DNA of 64,000 bases from Sedimentisphaerales bacterium (GTDB lineage Bacteria; Planctomycetota; Phycisphaerae; Sedimentisphaerales; SM23-30): NCBI GenBank assembly GCA_963666285.1, contig OY762711.1; one strand, 5' to 3'. The position numbers were made by a program, and so were the translations under genes. Under the pieces are notes generated by a model. That model was not told the DNA's origin, did not search any database, and worked only from the letters and a program-made list of their open reading frames with translations. Positions 60,498 through 64,000 of this stretch are shown here, piece after piece; position 1 is the first letter of the stretch; each line of letters begins with the position of its first letter.

Positions 60498-60619
60498 TTA
60501 GCTCTCTGTATTATATTGCCAAAAGCCAACCGCTTCATGCAATTGGCCTTAAATGCCTGTTGAATAGAATGTTACAGCAGGTAGTAGCTCCATCAATGTT
60601 GCCCTGCTGACAGACAAAT

Positions 60620-60648
60620 ATAATATAGCCAAGGCTCTTCCAAGTCAA
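60620..60648 (-). promoter_or_regulatory. Sigma70 promoter for purF
   Basis: Minus-strand TTGACT-N17-TATTAT. Confidence 0.55.
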
Positions 60649-61021
60649 GTTATCATTAACCAAAGTTTATCAGCGTTAACATCGACCGTACTATAAATCA
60701 TTACCAGGAAATGCTTTGTACATTAATTGTATGTATCTTTATGCAATTAATGAATGTTTTTAATCTGGCTGTGTGTGACGTTTTTCATAAGTCTTTTATT
60801 ATTAGTGTTTTAATTTTTGCCGGATAATGGTATAGCATTTGCGTTAACTATAAAATGTTCTTTGACAATTGAATACTTTTTGTTGCCGATAAATCTCGAT
60901 AAAATGTTTGATAATCTTTGTTGCAAGATAGATATAGTTGACGATAATGAAAAGCTGGTAAAATATGAGTTGGCGTAAAGCCGTAAATGATAATATCTTA
61001 AATGATGAAAGTAAACTACGA

Positions 61022-61906
61022 ATGAGCAGTGAACAGGGATGGAATTTAAAAAGGCTTTTAGAATGGACTTCTGATTATTTTGCCAAAAACAATGTTGAAA
61101 GCAGCAGACTTTGTGCCGAGATACTTCTTTCGCATTGCCTGAACTGCCAGAGGATTGAACTGTATACCAGGTTCGATTATAATCCTCCGGAATCAGAGCT
61201 TGGCAGATACCGCGAACTGGTAAAAAGATGCGCTGCTCATGAACCGGTAGCATATCTGGTTGGTTACAAAGAATTTTACAGTATGAAGTTCAAGGTAAAC
61301 TCTTCGGTTCTTATTCCCCGTCCTGAAACCGAGGTACTGGTTGCCCAGGCAATCGATTTTCTTAATGGTCATAATCGTCCCAAAGCTGATTGTCTTGATC
61401 TCTGTTGTGGCTCTGGCTGTATTGGCATATCTATAGCCGCTAATGTTGTTGAATCGGAATTTATCTCTTCTGATATTTCAGAAGAAGCACTCGGCATTAC
61501 ATCAGAAAATGCTGAAGCATATGAGCTTGGTAGTCGACTTAAAGTCTGCAAAAGCAATATGTTCGAAGATATTGAGTCAAGCGGTAAGGGGATATTTGAT
61601 CTTATCGTTTCAAATCCTCCTTATATTTCAGATGAGGAATTTACCAGGCTTGAAAAAAACGTTGCAGATTATGAACCGCACCTGGCACTTAAAGCCGGTG
61701 ATAATGGTCTGGAGTTTTATAAAATACTTACCTCTCAAGCCGGAGACTTTCTTGCTGATGATGGTATGCTTATGCTTGAGGTAGGATATGATCAGGGGCC
61801 TGCAGTTTCTGAGTTGCTAAGCCAGGCCGGTTGTTTTACCGACATAACAATGGTAAAAGATTCCCTTGGTCATAATCGAGTTGTAAAAGCTAAAAAATGT
61901 AACTGA
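61022..61906 (+). CDS. prmC: Release factor glutamine methyltransferase PrmC/HemK
   Basis: EPVAYLVG, VLIPRPETE, DLCCGSG, VSNPPY; start may be 60965. Confidence 0.92.
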   Translation: MSSEQGWNLKRLLEWTSDYFAKNNVESSRLCAEILLSHCLNCQRIELYTRFDYNPPESELGRYRELVKRCAAHEPVAYLVGYKEFYSMKFKVNSSVLIPRPETEVLVAQAIDFLNGHNRPKADCLDLCCGSGCIGISIAANVVESEFISSDISEEALGITSENAEAYELGSRLKVCKSNMFEDIESSGKGIFDLIVSNPPYISDEEFTRLEKNVADYEPHLALKAGDNGLEFYKILTSQAGDFLADDGMLMLEVGYDQGPAVSELLSQAGCFTDITMVKDSLGHNRVVKAKKCN

Positions 61907-61949
61907 TAAGATCGTATGTTTTATAAATATAATTTACCATGAGGTATTT

Positions 61950-62735
61950 ATGAAAATTTGCAGATTTATTGATGCTGACGGAAATGTCAGGACAGGCATA
62001 TTGGATGATGAAACTATTGCAGTTGTTGATGGCACTGTGCCTGGCGAGCTTACAGATGTCGGTATAACACTTCTGGTTTCCGAAGTTGACCAATGGCTGC
62101 CGCCGCTCGATCCGCCGAATATTATTGCGTTAGGTCTCAATTATGCAGCTCATATCAAAGAGTTTGAACGAGATCATATTCCGGACAATCCTGTAATGTT
62201 TATGAAGGCTACCAGTTCGCTGAATTTCAACGGTGGAATTATCAGACTTCCCGAAATTGCTCCGAGTCAGGTTGATTTTGAAGCAGAACTTGGGATTGTC
62301 ATTGGCAAAACCGCATCGAATGTTGAGCCGGAAGAAGCTGCAGAATATATTTACGGTTACACCTGTGTTAATGATGTTACTGCTCGAGACTGTCAGAAAA
62401 GTGATAAACAATGGGTGCGAGCCAAGTCATACGATACTTTTTGTCCTGTTGGACCGTTTATTGAAACAGATATCGATCCGGTTGGACTGGAGGTCAGATC
62501 TGTTCTCAATGAGAATGTCATGCAGGATGGTAATACCTCAGATATGATATTTAAACCAAATGAAATTGTCAGTTTCATTTCAAAATGTATGACTTTGCTG
62601 CCAGGCACTCTTATTCTTACCGGCACACCTCCGGGAGTTGGCTTTGCCAGAGACCCGCAGGTATTTTTACAACCTGGAGATGAAATCAAAATTGAAATTT
62701 CAGGTTTGGGTGTTTTAGTTAATAAAGTGGAATAG
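61950..62735 (+). CDS. Fumarylacetoacetate hydrolase family protein
   Basis: GLNYAAH, DFEAELG, NDVTARD, AKSYDTFCP, TGTPPGVG. Confidence 0.9.
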   Translation: MKICRFIDADGNVRTGILDDETIAVVDGTVPGELTDVGITLLVSEVDQWLPPLDPPNIIALGLNYAAHIKEFERDHIPDNPVMFMKATSSLNFNGGIIRLPEIAPSQVDFEAELGIVIGKTASNVEPEEAAEYIYGYTCVNDVTARDCQKSDKQWVRAKSYDTFCPVGPFIETDIDPVGLEVRSVLNENVMQDGNTSDMIFKPNEIVSFISKCMTLLPGTLILTGTPPGVGFARDPQVFLQPGDEIKIEISGLGVLVNKVE

Positions 62736-62736
62736 C

Positions 62737-62928
62737 ATATTAGTTTACTTTCGCAGTTTTTAAGTTGCAAAAATCGCCTAAAAGGGCCTTCCTGTAACAC
62801 TTTGAATTAAATATACTTTCGAGAAATAACTCGAAAATACAATTAAATGGTAAGTTTTTTATTCACAAGGCCCTGTTCCGGCCTTTGCGTATAATGTTGA
62901 ACAGTCAAAAGTGCGAAACCGCACTATT
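62737..62928 (+). mobile_element. MITE-like non-coding element (full-length copy)
   Basis: TAGTTTACTTTCGCAGTTTT ... AAAAGTGCGAAACCGCACTA; homologous to 25205-25419 and 5298-5383. Confidence 0.7.
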
Positions 62929-63018
62929 ACTATTGTGGTAGATATGGTCAGTAGTATTTATGTTATTTGTAAACTACTATTGGTCATTTATATATACTAC
63001 CATGAAAGGGTGATTAAG

Positions 63019-64000
63019 ATGATTAAATTAAAATTAAGAACCTTAAGTTATGTTATTGTAGCTGTCTTATTTAACAGTTCGTTACTATGTGCGCAAACTT
63101 TTTATAAAGTTGCTCTTTCTGACCTTGTGTTAGAAGATAATTCTGATGATCTGTCCAATATATGGTTATTTTCCAGTGGAAACAGATTATTACCATATGT
63201 TATCGGTGATAATGGTGAGGAAATATTTCCGGTTGCAGAAGATTCAGAATTTAATGGTGAGCGTATATCTTCATTACTGATAAAAACCGGTTCTGCCGAT
63301 AAGCCTTCTGGCACTTTTGTTTATGATAGTTATTATTCCGTGAATTGTGTTAAATTCAAAGTTAATATTGAACCGGGAGATCAAACTGAACTTGCCGATG
63401 AATTTGCAGAGGCAAGAAGTGATTATTATTTACTGCTAAGTGAATCCGGATATCCGGGAGCTGCTTATTTCAGGCACTTAGCCCAAAAAGATTCTGATAG
63501 TAGCCAGGCAACAGGTAGAGTTGATACGGACTCTGATCTTGAAGAAATGATGGGGATGTTTACTGGCAGCAGGGCGATCAGTGAAAATATTCAGCTTGAC
63601 CGGGAACTTAGATTTTCTGATGAAGATACTGATTTGTCGGTTGATATAAGCGACATAAAAGGCATTAACATCAAAGAGTTTGACTGGCAGGTATTAAATA
63701 AGGATATCAAACTAAGTGAAGATAAGCTGGCTCAGCTTATACCTTATGATCAGTACGCTATATTCTTTAAAGATTTTGATTCGATGATTAAAATCATTGA
63801 CTATGCGGACAAAAATTTCTCGCAGCTGAAAGGTTTGGCTGAAGAGCAAAGTATAAATGCTTTGACTCTTGATCGTTATCAAAAGCAGCTCTGTTTGCCT
63901 ATGGATGAGTTTAGTAAGCTTATAGGCCGCCAGCTGGTTAAGTCTGTCGTTTTTACAGGTTCCGATCCTTATCTCAGAACCGGTTCCGATGTTGCAGTTA
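63019..64000 (+). CDS. Secreted hypothetical protein, runs off the window end (absent from the ORF track)
   Basis: ATG 63019 after AAAGGGTG; frame open to 64000 (MIKLKLRTLSYVIVAVLF...GYPGAAYFRH...TGSDPYLRTGSDVAV). Confidence 0.8.
   Translation, partial: MIKLKLRTLSYVIVAVLFNSSLLCAQTFYKVALSDLVLEDNSDDLSNIWLFSSGNRLLPYVIGDNGEEIFPVAEDSEFNGERISSLLIKTGSADKPSGTFVYDSYYSVNCVKFKVNIEPGDQTELADEFAEARSDYYLLLSESGYPGAAYFRHLAQKDSDSSQATGRVDTDSDLEEMMGMFTGSRAISENIQLDRELRFSDEDTDLSVDISDIKGINIKEFDWQVLNKDIKLSEDKLAQLIPYDQYAIFFKDFDSMIKIIDYADKNFSQLKGLAEEQSINALTLDRYQKQLCLPMDEFSKLIGRQLVKSVVFTGSDPYLRTGSDVAV

Noticed and set aside
374..63314. Many short antisense or out-of-frame ORFs in the track (e.g. 5466-6239, 12952-13422, 48824-49357, 60810-61253)
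   Set aside because: They overlap well-supported genes, lack family motifs and ribosome-binding sites, and look like shadow ORFs
1..64000. CRISPR array, rRNA/tRNA genes, transposase, integrase or prophage
   Set aside because: No regularly spaced repeats, no cloverleaf or rRNA signatures, and no such protein motifs seen by eye

Overview
Bacterial chromosomal window, most likely from an anaerobic planctomycete (Phycisphaerae/Sedimentisphaerales-like; inferred from LamG/Ig/dockerin-like secreted proteins, ECF-FecR/NPCBM pair, alpha2-type GlyRS and a dnaA unlinked to dnaN). It contains: (i) a glycan-processing cluster with two paralogous LamG/Ig proteins, GH105 and GH16 (1-9480); (ii) methyltransferase, DMP19/DUF4375, MscS-family channel and HtpX; (iii) a five-gene two-component cluster; (iv) a membrane-anchored ECF sigma factor; (v) a type IV pilus operon (pilMNO-X-pilB-pilT-pilC plus three minor pilins); (vi) clpC; (vii) an ECF/anti-sigma/PA14-LamG/GH2 locus; (viii) glyQS, pilD, two Thr-type alkaline-phosphatase-superfamily enzymes, nnrE, dnaA, purF, prmC and an FAH-family gene. 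No rRNA, tRNA, CRISPR array or transposase was seen. The most notable unannotated signals are a single-repeat 'half-dockerin' tag found six times in five secreted proteins, a three-copy non-coding element with terminal inverted repeats and a covarying end hairpin, an ECF-type promoter motif in front of four genes, structured leaders upstream of purF and of a methyltransferase, and a G9 tract in a sensor kinase. All calls were made by eye, without database searches.
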